A stretch of DNA of 63,208 nucleotides, the filler included. It is 6 parts of 6 records of this genome, joined end to end, with 100 filler letters (N's around TTAATTAATTAA, not from the genome) between each part and the next. Parts side by side here need not be neighbours in the genome. Positions count along the whole stretch, not along the records: positions 10,151 to 16,615 come from SRR31156797_25188; positions 16,716 to 26,615 come from SRR31156797_25197; 4 more parts are not named here. The stretch is one strand, 5' to 3'. Position 1 is the stretch's first letter. Each line of letters starts with the position of its first letter. A program made the translations under genes and the position numbers. Positions 10,151 to 19,615 of this stretch are shown here, piece by piece. The notes under the pieces were generated by a model, which saw nothing but the letters and a program-made list of their open reading frames with translations, ran no database searches and was not told where the DNA came from.

Positions 10151-10297
10151 ATTATAAAATCGGCCGACTGGATTATTGATTTAGGACCCGAGGGTGGAGA
10201 CAAAGGCGGAAACCTTGTTTTTGAGGGCACTCCGGAAGAACTGGTAAAAATAAAAAATTCGTACACTGGAAAAGCTTTACTGGAAAAGCTTAATTAA
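10151..10297 (+). CDS. uvrA: Excinuclease ABC subunit A, C-terminal fragment
   Basis: Translates [48 protein letters not shown], the UvrA C-terminus; closely similar to the end of the UvrA at 43512-46304. Confidence 0.9.
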   Translation: MIKSADWIIDLGPEGGDKGGNLVFEGTPEELVKIKNSYTGKALLEKLN

Positions 10298-10336
10298 AAG
10301 AGATGACATTCAACAAATGCAGAATGTCATCTCTTT
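10297..10336. terminator. Bidirectional intrinsic terminator between uvrA and osmC
   Basis: 15-bp inverted repeat AAAGAGATGACATTC / GAATGTCATCTCTTT between convergent genes. Confidence 0.75.
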
Positions 10337-10343
10337 CTTAAAC

Positions 10344-10793
10344 CTAAGCTACTGTTGAACTTTCAACCACAACAGGTTTAACCGCCGATTCCTGGATTAT
10401 ATTATCAGCAATCGGACAACGAAGTGCAATTTCTTTTAAGAACGATTCTTTTTCTTCTTTCGACATATCAGCGTCGATATGAACAAAACTCCTGATTTCA
10501 GTAAATCCTGCGCGTCCTTCAGTGGTTTTTCCCAAAAGGAAATCTTTATCAATATCTCCTTCAACTTCAACATCAATTCCCTGGAGTTCTATTTTTCTCT
10601 GAGTTGCAATTATTCTTCCAATAGCACAAATACATGCCGGTAAACTCGACAAAAATATTTCCAACGGATTAGGTCCTTCATCATTTCCGCCAGCCATTTT
10701 AGGTTGATCGATAATAAATGAATGTGAGCAATTAACCTGAGTTTTAAATCCTGCCTCCATTGAAGCACTTACTTTTATTTTTGAAATAGCCAT
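10344..10793 (-). CDS. OsmC/Ohr family protein
   Basis: DQPKMAGGNDEGPNPLE..LPAC and RCPIADN two-Cys signature; start MAISK at 10793. Confidence 0.85.
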   Translation of the reverse strand: MAISKIKVSASMEAGFKTQVNCSHSFIIDQPKMAGGNDEGPNPLEIFLSSLPACICAIGRIIATQRKIELQGIDVEVEGDIDKDFLLGKTTEGRAGFTEIRSFVHIDADMSKEEKESFLKEIALRCPIADNIIQESAVKPVVVESSTVA

Positions 10794-10919
10794 AATTTGT
10801 AATTTTTTTGAATTATAAATACTCCTACAATTATAGCCAAACTGGTATTCATACAACATGACATTGCTCAAATAATGAACATTATTTCATAATAAATTAA
10901 TTTAAGCATACAATAAAAC

Positions 10920-11342
10920 CTATTTTTGAATTATCCTTCGTACAATAAAAAGGACTAAAATAAATAATGGTACAACAACCAGGATTGCAGTAAATATTAA
11001 CCAGATATAAAACAGGTTTTTGTTTTGAAAAGTCCAAGTCCAGTTGCCCGATAAAACTCGCGAAAAAACACCCCACAGAAATCCGAATACGACAAATATT
11101 TTTAAAACATTTTTCACCCGATTTTCAAACTTGTTCTTTCTTTTTGATGGAAAAATTATATAAACATACCATGGCAAAATAGCAATTGAGAGCCACGAAA
11201 TTAGCGTTCCCAAAGGTAACGGAGGATTATTTATAATTGCGACACCTAACCAATTAGATTGAAAAAAAAGGATATAAATATTTAAAAGAAAAATAAAAGG
11301 AAAAATATAATATTTAATCTGTTTCATTTGTTTTATGATCAA
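10920..11342 (-). CDS. Hypothetical membrane protein (about 4 TM helices)
   Basis: Hydrophobic segments; overlaps the end of the MATE gene. Confidence 0.65.
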   Translation of the reverse strand: MIIKQMKQIKYYIFPFIFLLNIYILFFQSNWLGVAIINNPPLPLGTLISWLSIAILPWYVYIIFPSKRKNKFENRVKNVLKIFVVFGFLWGVFSRVLSGNWTWTFQNKNLFYIWLIFTAILVVVPLFILVLFIVRRIIQK

Positions 11343-12678
11343 GTAAAGAAAGTTTTTTCCATTCTCTTATTAATAAAATTGCAACCAGCATTGCCGAAAC
11401 CGTATCTGCAATCGGATACGCCAGCCAGATTCCGTTGATATTCCAAAAAACAGGTAAAAGATATAATAACGGTATTAACAAAATAACCTGCCGTATTAAA
11501 GTGGCAAACATAGCAATTTTAGCTTTCCCGATGGACTGAAAATAGTGGGATGCCACCACCTGAAAACCAACCAAAGGAAAGGCGAGAATAACCAAACGCA
11601 ATCCTTTAATGGCAATGTTATACAAGGTTTCATTATCGCTATTAAATAGCTTTACAATAATTCCGGGAGTTGCTTCAACCAAAATAAAAGCAAATACAGC
11701 AACAACTGAAGCTGCAATTAAAGAAATTCGGAGTGCATCTTTTACACGTTTAACCGACTTTGCTCCATAGTTAAATCCTATTATAGGCTGAGAAGCCATA
11801 TTAACGGCGACCATTGCCATTACTACAAGCGAGACCACAGAGTTTATTATTCCCATTGCCCCCACTGCCAGATCTCCACCAAAATCAATTAACTTTTTGT
11901 TTAACAATCCCTGTACTAAACTATTGGCAATCTGCATGGCAAAAGGAGCCATTCCAATTGCAATAATTTCTAACAGAATTTTTATATCTACTCTAATATA
12001 TTTTTTTTGCAGTTTAATTAATGAACGTTTTCCCCTAAAATGAAACAGTACCCACATCATTAAAACAAACATGGAAATATTGGTTGCATAAGCAGCACCT
12101 TTTACTCCCATATCGAGCCAAAAAATAAAAATAGGATCAAGAATTATATTTATCCCGGCACTTAAAATCATTGAAAACATGGCTATTCTGGCATTTCCTT
12201 CAGAACGGATAATGCTGTTCAGCGAAAATCCAACCACCATAAACGGAACTCCGGCAATTATAATATCGAGGTAATCGTTTGCATATTGAAAGGTTTCTTC
12301 GGTTGAACCAAAAGAACGAAGAATTGGAATTTTAAAAAAATAAATAACCAACATAATTATCGCCGAAACAATTAACATAAAAAGGAAACTGGTTCCTAAT
12401 GTTTTTTCGGCTGTAACAAAATCTTTTTTCCCAAGGTTTATTGAAACAAAAACACCGGAACCAATTCCAATTAACATTCCAAATGCCATCATAATCAGCA
12501 TTATCGGAAATATTACTGAAATTCCAGACAATGCTTCGGCACCTACACCCTGTCCAATAAAAATCCTATCAACAATATTGTACAGTGCATTAACAAATAC
12601 TCCAATAAAAGCCGGGATAAAGTATTTTAGCATCAAACGGCCAACATTTGCCGTACTTAATTCTTCTATATTTCTCAT
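11314..12678 (-). CDS. MATE family efflux transporter (MepA-like)
   Basis: ALYNIVDRIFIG, IRSEGNA and NIILDPIFIF motifs; about 12 TM helices; start MRNIEE follows a TACCTTTG -7 element. Confidence 0.92.
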   Translation of the reverse strand: MRNIEELSTANVGRLMLKYFIPAFIGVFVNALYNIVDRIFIGQGVGAEALSGISVIFPIMLIMMAFGMLIGIGSGVFVSINLGKKDFVTAEKTLGTSFLFMLIVSAIIMLVIYFFKIPILRSFGSTEETFQYANDYLDIIIAGVPFMVVGFSLNSIIRSEGNARIAMFSMILSAGINIILDPIFIFWLDMGVKGAAYATNISMFVLMMWVLFHFRGKRSLIKLQKKYIRVDIKILLEIIAIGMAPFAMQIANSLVQGLLNKKLIDFGGDLAVGAMGIINSVVSLVVMAMVAVNMASQPIIGFNYGAKSVKRVKDALRISLIAASVVAVFAFILVEATPGIIVKLFNSDNETLYNIAIKGLRLVILAFPLVGFQVVASHYFQSIGKAKIAMFATLIRQVILLIPLLYLLPVFWNINGIWLAYPIADTVSAMLVAILLIREWKKLSLLDHKTNETD

Positions 12679-12776
12679 GTGCGGCAAAGGTAAATATTTA
12701 AAGGGAACATTATTTTTTCTGCCATTGTTTTAACCCGCAATAAGTGTAATTTTGAACCTGAATTAACATTTTAAGA

Positions 12777-13283
12777 ATGGAAAAAGAAAAGATTGATAAA
12801 ACAATTGAAGCAGAATTGTTTTCAGCAAATACCAACATTGTAGTTTCGGCAATAAATAAAATTAAAGAAAAGGGCAATAAATTATACATCCCTCTTTTAT
12901 TTGATGTGCTGAAATCGGAACCTGAAAATACTATTGAAAAGGAAATAGAACTTCTGCTGGGAACTGTAAAAGTAAAAGAAACCGCAGTTCTGTTTGCACG
13001 TGCGCTGGGGGATAAAAGATATAACTCGATTCGAAAAAACATACTGGTTGCATGTTGGCAAAACGGACTTGAATTCCATCCATATTTACCTGTTTTTGTT
13101 GACCTAGTAATTAACGAAGAATGGGAAATTGCGTTTGAGGCATTTACCGTAATCGACAACATGGAATTTCTACCTGAACAGGATATTATTGAAAAAACAA
13201 AACAAAAAATAGACAAAGCTCTTTTAACAGCAACCGATAAAAAAGAGTATTTTTTAAAGGAAATTTTGGCAAAATTAGGATAA
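12777..13283 (+). CDS. Hypothetical all-alpha (HEAT-like) protein
   Basis: 168-aa ORF preceded by the Bacteroidota -7 element TAATTTTG (12747-12754) and followed by a hairpin. Confidence 0.75.
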   Translation: MEKEKIDKTIEAELFSANTNIVVSAINKIKEKGNKLYIPLLFDVLKSEPENTIEKEIELLLGTVKVKETAVLFARALGDKRYNSIRKNILVACWQNGLEFHPYLPVFVDLVINEEWEIAFEAFTVIDNMEFLPEQDIIEKTKQKIDKALLTATDKKEYFLKEILAKLG

Positions 13284-13300
13284 GCATTTCAACCAAAGAA

Positions 13301-13332
13301 AAAGTCCGGCTTTATTAATAAAACCGGACTTT
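13301..13332. terminator. Intrinsic terminator (probably bidirectional)
   Basis: AAAGTCCGG...CCGGACTTT inverted repeat between convergent ORFs. Confidence 0.65.
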
Positions 13333-13378
13333 AACTTCTGAACAAATCAAAATAGAACCATCCTTTCCCCTAACAAAC

Positions 13379-13576
13379 CTATTTAACCATGTATTTTCTT
13401 TCTTTTGTTTTCAACATTTGCCATGGTACCACAAATTGCTGAACTTCATTCACATTAGCACTCTTTCCAAAAGATGAAAATTGTTTTTTTTCTTCATAAA
13501 ATGGCTTGCTCTCAAATTTGTTTTTGCTTTTATCGGTTGTTCTCATAACATAACTTAATACGTAAGCTACTGGCAT
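13379..13576 (-). CDS. Small hypothetical protein (65 aa)
   Basis: A-rich initiation region (AAAACAAAATG) and a downstream terminator. Confidence 0.5.
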   Translation of the reverse strand: MPVAYVLSYVMRTTDKSKNKFESKPFYEEKKQFSSFGKSANVNEVQQFVVPWQMLKTKERKYMVK

Positions 13577-13880
13577 TTTGTTTTATACCCTTGGGCTCAT
13601 TTTTAGAAAGAATAACAAATTTTAACAGAAGACATAAAATTTATTCAAATCAGTAAAGAAGTAAAAGTCTAATTTTCAGACAATAAAATAAATGATCATT
13701 TAGGTTTTACGAATTATCTTTAAATGTTATAAAAGAATGAATTTAAAACGTAATTTTTACGATGCTAACCAAAAGCCTTCAATAAATCTAAAAAATTAAA
13801 CTATAATTCATTGATTTTTTAATAAAAGTGAACGAATTTTGCTTTGGTTCAAATTATAAAACCAGTCTGATTTTTATTAA

Positions 13881-14870
13881 CTAGGTTCGGTTAGAAAAGT
13901 ATTTCATGAACTGCGAGCGCTCATAAACCATTGGATCGGGAATGTTTTTATAAGAAAGTCTGCCCCTAAAATCGTCTATCTTTTTGAAATTCCATTTTTT
14001 CATAAAATTATTCACTTCCTCAATTATCCCTGGTACTACCTGAATTCCATTTACATACAACGTTGAACAAAGCTGTGTTACCTGTGCTCCCGCAAGTAAT
14101 TGTTTTATAACTGCTTGCCCATCATGAATTCCGGTAGATGCAGCAATATCAAGTTTCGGAACAGCAGAGGAAACCATACCTACCCATCGCAATGAACGAC
14201 GTATATCGGCAGGAGTACTAAAGATTTCAGAAGAAGTAAGTTTTAGTGTTTCCAAATTAATATCGGGCTCATAAAAACGATTAAACATAACAACTCCGTC
14301 GGCACCATTCGCTTTCAATTTATCGGCCATGCCAATAATATTGCTGTGGTAAACACCAAATTTTACCGAAACAGGAATAGTAACAAGCGACTTCACTTTT
14401 TTCAATACTTCTACATAAAGTTGCTCAACCATCCCGGGTTTTTCATTCCGGTCGGTTGGGATATAATAAATATTCAATTCCAAAGCATCTGCGCCTGCTT
14501 CCTGGAAGTCTTTTGCAAACGAGGTCCATTCGTGCGAAGTAATACAATTAATGCTGGCTATTACAGGTATGTCAACTACTTTTTTTGCTTCCCGAACCAA
14601 CTCAATGTGTTGTGTAATGGTATTATCGCGAAGGTATTCTTTAATATAATCTTCAGCCTCGGGGTAAGAATTATTTTGCTCCTCTTTCAAAAGCATACTT
14701 GTAACTTCGTTGTTTATTTGCTCTTCAAAAATCGATTTCAGAACAACTGCTCCAATCCCGGCATCCTGTAATTCCTTTATCTTTTCTATCGAGCTTGTTA
14801 AACCTGAACTTGCTGCAACCAAAGGATTTTTCAACTTTAATCCTAAATATGTGGTTTCTAAATTTGCCAT
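13881..14870 (-). CDS. Dihydroorotate dehydrogenase-like FMN protein
   Basis: YLGLKLKNPLVAASS, VLKSIFEEQI, ADALELNIY, MFNRFYEPDI and AASTGIH motifs of the DHOD-like family. Confidence 0.88.
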   Translation of the reverse strand: MANLETTYLGLKLKNPLVAASSGLTSSIEKIKELQDAGIGAVVLKSIFEEQINNEVTSMLLKEEQNNSYPEAEDYIKEYLRDNTITQHIELVREAKKVVDIPVIASINCITSHEWTSFAKDFQEAGADALELNIYYIPTDRNEKPGMVEQLYVEVLKKVKSLVTIPVSVKFGVYHSNIIGMADKLKANGADGVVMFNRFYEPDINLETLKLTSSEIFSTPADIRRSLRWVGMVSSAVPKLDIAASTGIHDGQAVIKQLLAGAQVTQLCSTLYVNGIQVVPGIIEEVNNFMKKWNFKKIDDFRGRLSYKNIPDPMVYERSQFMKYFSNRT

Positions 14871-14907
14871 TTTAATAACTGATTAAAAATGTTTGTGAAA
14901 CGAGATT

Positions 14908-15576
14908 TTAATAATTACGGGCTCCAAAAATTATACTTCCCACCCTAACCAATGTGCTTCCTTCTTCAACAGCTATCGGATAATCGCCCGACATTCCCAT
15001 TGAAATTTCCTTAAACTCATCGTTTCCCGAAAAGTATTCATTTTTTAGCGCATTAAAAATACTCTTTAACATTCTGAATTCATTTCTTATTTGTATTTCA
15101 TTTTCGGTGTAAGTTGCCATTCCCATTACACCCGTAATTTCTATATTTTGGAAAGACTTAAATTCATCAGAATTTAATAATTCAACGGCTTCTTCCAGTG
15201 AAAGTCCAAATTTTGTAGATTCCTGAGCAATTTGAAATTGCAATAAGCATTTTATAATTCTGTTATTTTTTTTTGCCTCTTTATTCACCCCTTTCAATAA
15301 TTTTATTGAATCGATGCCATGCATTAAATCGATAAAAGGTGCAATATATTTTACTTTATTGGTTTGCAGGTGCCCAATAAAATGCCACTCAATATCTTTT
15401 GGAAGTTCTTCGTATTTCCGTGTTAAATCCTGAACTTTATTTTCCCCAAAAATTTTATGACCTGCATTATAAGCCGCTAAAATATCTTCATTTGGTTTTG
15501 TTTTCGAAACGGCAACCAATCGCACACCAGCCGGAAGTTTACTTTTAATTTCAGAAATACTTTTTGCAATATCCAT
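14908..15576 (-). CDS. yggS: YggS family pyridoxal phosphate homeostasis protein
   Basis: LVAVSKTKP, FGENKVQ, WHFIGHLQTNK, SMGMSGDY and VRVGS.IFG motifs. Confidence 0.95.
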   Translation of the reverse strand: MDIAKSISEIKSKLPAGVRLVAVSKTKPNEDILAAYNAGHKIFGENKVQDLTRKYEELPKDIEWHFIGHLQTNKVKYIAPFIDLMHGIDSIKLLKGVNKEAKKNNRIIKCLLQFQIAQESTKFGLSLEEAVELLNSDEFKSFQNIEITGVMGMATYTENEIQIRNEFRMLKSIFNALKNEYFSGNDEFKEISMGMSGDYPIAVEEGSTLVRVGSIIFGARNY

Positions 15577-15679
15577 TCTCGCACTATTTACGGTAAAAAT
15601 AAAAATAAAGAACGGTTTAACGATTGAATTTTATCACCATTTTTCAGGGAACAAAAAATTATACCTTTGCCAATAATTT

Positions 15680-16615
15680 ATGACAAAAGCGAACGAAATA
15701 ATACAACAAATGAATAGCCTTGGTAAAAAGGGCACTCCATTTGTTTTTCTAATTGATTTTGAAATGCTTAAACCCGAAATTTTCATATTGGAAGATTCCC
15801 CTGAAGCTTTACATTTTCAATTTCCCCATTTTTCAAAACATTCAACAAATTTCAAAAGACCAGAATTAAAAGTATGGAATACAAATCCGGTTTCGTTCGA
15901 AAAGTATAAAAATGGTTTCGATCAGGTAAAGCATCATTTAAATAGTGGCGATACTTATTTATTAAATTTCACACAGCCAACTTTTGTAGAAACAAATTTA
16001 TCGCTCGAAGAAATCTATAATTTAAGTTCTGCACGATATAAAATTTTACTGAAAAATAAATTTGTCTGTTTTTCGCCCGAGACATTTATAAAAATTGAGA
16101 ATGGCAAAATCTTTTCATTCCCGATGAAGGGGACAATTGATGCTGAAATAGAAAATGCAAAAGATATTATTCTTACCGATTCGAAAGAAGTTGCAGAACA
16201 TAATACCATTGTAGATTTAATTCGGAATGATTTAAGTCTGGTTGCCCAAAATGTTACTGTAGACAAATTCAGATACCTCGAACTGGTGCAAACGCATCAA
16301 AAAAATTTATGGCAGGTAAGTTCACAAATCTCGGGAGAATTACCTCAAAATTATAATGAACGAATTGGCAATGTTATTTTCTCGATGCTCCCGGCGGGTT
16401 CTGTTTCGGGTGCGCCAAAGAAAAAAACCGTTGAAATAATTACAAATGCCGAAAATTATGATCGGGGATATTATACCGGTATTTTTGGTATTTTCGATGG
16501 TAAAAATCTCGACAGCTGTGTTTTAATCCGCTACATAGAAAACCTAAACGGACAACTGATTTACAAAAGCGGTGGCGGAATAACATTTATGAGCGATGCA
16601 AAAAGCGAATACGAA
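15680..16615 (+). CDS. pabB: Aminodeoxychorismate synthase component I, 3'-truncated
   Basis: GDTYLLNFT, FSPETF, PMKGT, KEVAEHNTIVDLIRNDL, PAGSVSGAPK and YKSGGGIT motifs. Confidence 0.92.
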
Positions 16616-16715
16616 NNNNNNNNNNNNNNNNNNNNNNNNNNNNNNNNNNNNNNNNNNNNTTAATTAATTAANNNNNNNNNNNNNNNNNNNNNNNNNNNNN
16701 NNNNNNNNNNNNNNN
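16616..16715. other. Artificial contig spacer
   Basis: N-run + TTAATTAATTAA + N-run. Confidence 0.98.
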
Positions 16716-17936
16716 CGGATACATGATGGACCGTTCAACCACTTCCACCTTTACGTCGCCGCAGACAGCCTGGGCATCCATTGCGGCTTTCACCATATAG
16801 CCGCAAGCGGCACAGGTTTTGGAATCGATACTGACGACTTCCACCAGCACATGGTCAAGACTTTCATAGTCAGGCAGCTCGATCTCCGGCAGGTTGTCTT
16901 TGGCCGTATAGTTCTCGAGGGCTTTTTTGACCGCCTCCTTGTTATGGACCGCCTGACCGACCCCGATCAGATTGGCCGCCGGCGCGTCAAAGGGCACATC
17001 ACATCCGGGTGCGAGAATAAACAAGTGGGTCCCCATTTTATCCATAAGCTCAATGGCTTCTTTCTGGTTGTCCTGCTGGGTTCCCAGAAGCATGGTGATG
17101 GTAAGCTGCAGGTTACCGGACATGGTGATGCCATAGGAGTCCGTGACCTTTTTGGCTTCGACAATGTCCACATTTTCATCGATGGCAATGCAGTTGGGCG
17201 CTGTTTTGCACATGGGTTCGATATTCTTGGTCGCATCACCGCAGACAAAGAAGCAGGAAGGAGCGCCCTGCTCTTTTACGGAAGCGAACAAACGGGAATA
17301 GGGTTCACTCAGGAATGTTTCAAACATATCCGGTGAGATCTGGGAAACAAGGGGATCCACGGCGCCGATAATATCACACCCGGCCTCCACATAGAAACGC
17401 GCCAGGTCTGCAACCACGTCCGCGCAGTAATTGACGAGGGCTTTTACACCTTCCTCATTGTCATACATGTCCATGAAGATATTGGTGCCGCGGAGGTGAG
17501 ACGCCAGGGTAAAGGGACCGCACACAAGACCATACATGGCCACATCCGGCTTTGCCGCCTTGAACCGGTCCATGACATCCAGGATAAGCGGTATACGCCC
17601 GTCGGTTTTCTCCAGCCGCTGGGTCGGAATCACCAGTTCCGAACCGCTCAAGGGATGGCTGCAAACGGTGGGAGGGGTATTCTTGTACCATGTCAAGTCA
17701 CATCCCAGGATTTCAGCCTCAACCTGCAGGTCGAAGATGGGGGGCATGCCGTCCGGAGTATATTGCTCTTCCGCCTCAATAAGGCATTCAAGCAGCTTGT
17801 CCGAGGATTTGAATATTTCCTCCGCGGTATATCCTTTCAGATTTGCAATCTGGGCGCCGGTGTAAGGGACCCAGGGGCAGCGTTCAACCGTTTTTCCTTG
17901 AAGTACATCTAAAATAAGTTGCTTTCCAGTCATCAT
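16716..17936 (-). CDS. Uroporphyrinogen decarboxylase-superfamily (MtaA/CmuA-like) methyltransferase with C-terminal thioredoxin-like CxxC domain, 3'-truncated
   Basis: FDLQVEAEILGC, GPFTLASHLRG, FFVCGD and FILAPGCDVP URO-D/MT2 motifs; C-terminal VEVVSIDSKTCAACGYM. Confidence 0.82.
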
Positions 17937-17983
17937 TCTTTCCTTTTATCTCCTGTTGTAATCAGTATCCTTTGAATACCGAC

Positions 17984-19576
17984 TTAATTCAGTTTGCCGG
18001 CCTCGAGCAGATGGGCTGATAATTTCTCTAAAAGAGCCTTTTCCCTGGTTGCTTCATACTTAACCTGTTCTACCTTCAACGTCCTGAACAGGGAAACCAC
18101 CATGAACCAGACCATGGGCAGGAAGGGCGCCCCCGCCAGGATTCCGGCAAATTTGACCCCGTCAAGCCCGTTTGTATTCAACAGGACAATGGAGATCGCT
18201 CCGATGATGAGTCCCCACAAAAGCACCATGCTCTTTTTGGGCTCCAGGGCCCCATGGGACATCTGCATCGCAATAAAGAGGGACGCGGCATCCGCGGATG
18301 TGATCAGGAACCCTGCGACACTGAGAAAGATGAGGCAGTTGACGATAACACCGCCGCCAAAGGCCGATGCAACCGCATAGCTGCCCTGGGCCGGATTCAT
18401 CTGCACCTGGGCCCAGATATTTCCGATCTGGTTTGCATCCAGAAAGTGGGTGGCCGTCATCAGTACGCCGAACCAGACAAAGGATACGCAGACCGGGATA
18501 CAAAGAACACCGAGTACGAACTGCTGGATCGTTCTTCCCCGGGAGATACGGGCGATAAACCCGCCGACAAAAGGCGCCCAGGAAACATTCCACAGCCAGT
18601 AGAAAATGGGCCAGTCATAGGTCCACCCGTCAGAGAGGTTCTGGGTGTCGGTGAACAATGCCATGGAGAAGAAGTAATTCAGGTACTGGCCGATGGTTTC
18701 AACCATACCATTGAGAAGGAGGACGGTGGGTCCGGCAAAAAGGATGAAAAGGAACCACGCCACGGACACCCAGACATTGCCGGTGCTGATCAGTTTGATT
18801 CCCTTGTGGAGCCCTGAGTATGCGGCAAGGGTATAGGCAATGATAATGGAAAACATGATGATTGCATTGCCCCAGAGTCCCACCTCGATGCCGAAAATGT
18901 TCTTCAGGCCGACGCTGAAAAGCATCAGGCCGAGGCAGTTTGCGGCAGCTGCGCCCCAAAGGGCGGTGATGGAGGCGATAATCTCGGCGATCCGTCCCCA
19001 GATCGTCTCGGATGCGTTCTCCCCGAGCAGTCCGTAGAATGCGCCGGAAACCGTCATGGGCCTGCCCAGGCGGAATGCCGGGAAGGCAATCGCCAATCCG
19101 ACGATGGCATAGATGGCCCACTGGTGGAAGCCCCAGTGCAGCATGGCCGCACCCTTTGCCACAAGGTAAGCGGATTGGGTGCCCGACTCGGCAAGGTAGG
19201 GGGTCTTATAGAAGTGCCACAACGCTTCCCCAAAGGGCCAGAAAACATATCCTGCGCCCAGCCCGCACCCGAACAACAGTGAGATCCAGGAAAAGGTGCT
19301 GAATTCCGGCCGGTCTTCCTCTTTGCCCAGGCGAAGGTCCTTATACTTACCAAGGGCAAGGAAAAGAAGCAGGGGAATAAAAATAAACACGCTGAGAATA
19401 AAGAACCAGCCAAATTTATGGCCGATAAAGTTTTTAGCACCTTTCATCACTTCTACAAAGCCGGTGGCATCCGTTGCCGCCCAGACAAGGGAAAGAAAGG
19501 TGAGTCCCATGGTCACATAAACAAGTAATTTATCGACCGAACCACGTTTGTCTACAGTTTCAACTTCAGTTTTCAC
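17984..19576 (-). CDS. BCCT family (betaine/carnitine/choline) transporter
   Basis: RPEFSTFSW, HWGFHQWAIYAIVGL, FVGGFIARISRGRTI and FLITSADA BCCT motifs; GTG start with upstream AGGGA. Confidence 0.93.
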   Translation of the reverse strand: MKTEVETVDKRGSVDKLLVYVTMGLTFLSLVWAATDATGFVEVMKGAKNFIGHKFGWFFILSVFIFIPLLLFLALGKYKDLRLGKEEDRPEFSTFSWISLLFGCGLGAGYVFWPFGEALWHFYKTPYLAESGTQSAYLVAKGAAMLHWGFHQWAIYAIVGLAIAFPAFRLGRPMTVSGAFYGLLGENASETIWGRIAEIIASITALWGAAAANCLGLMLFSVGLKNIFGIEVGLWGNAIIMFSIIIAYTLAAYSGLHKGIKLISTGNVWVSVAWFLFILFAGPTVLLLNGMVETIGQYLNYFFSMALFTDTQNLSDGWTYDWPIFYWLWNVSWAPFVGGFIARISRGRTIQQFVLGVLCIPVCVSFVWFGVLMTATHFLDANQIGNIWAQVQMNPAQGSYAVASAFGGGVIVNCLIFLSVAGFLITSADAASLFIAMQMSHGALEPKKSMVLLWGLIIGAISIVLLNTNGLDGVKFAGILAGAPFLPMVWFMVVSLFRTLKVEQVKYEATREKALLEKLSAHLLEAGKLN

Positions 19577-19615
19577 AAATAGTTCCCTACTAATAAAGAT
19601 TATTTTCTACAAAAA

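Noticed and set aside
10151-10297. Apparent uvrA duplication (also at 43512-46304)
   Set aside because: The copies are on different contigs with diverged DNA and different downstream genes; most likely orthologues from two organisms.
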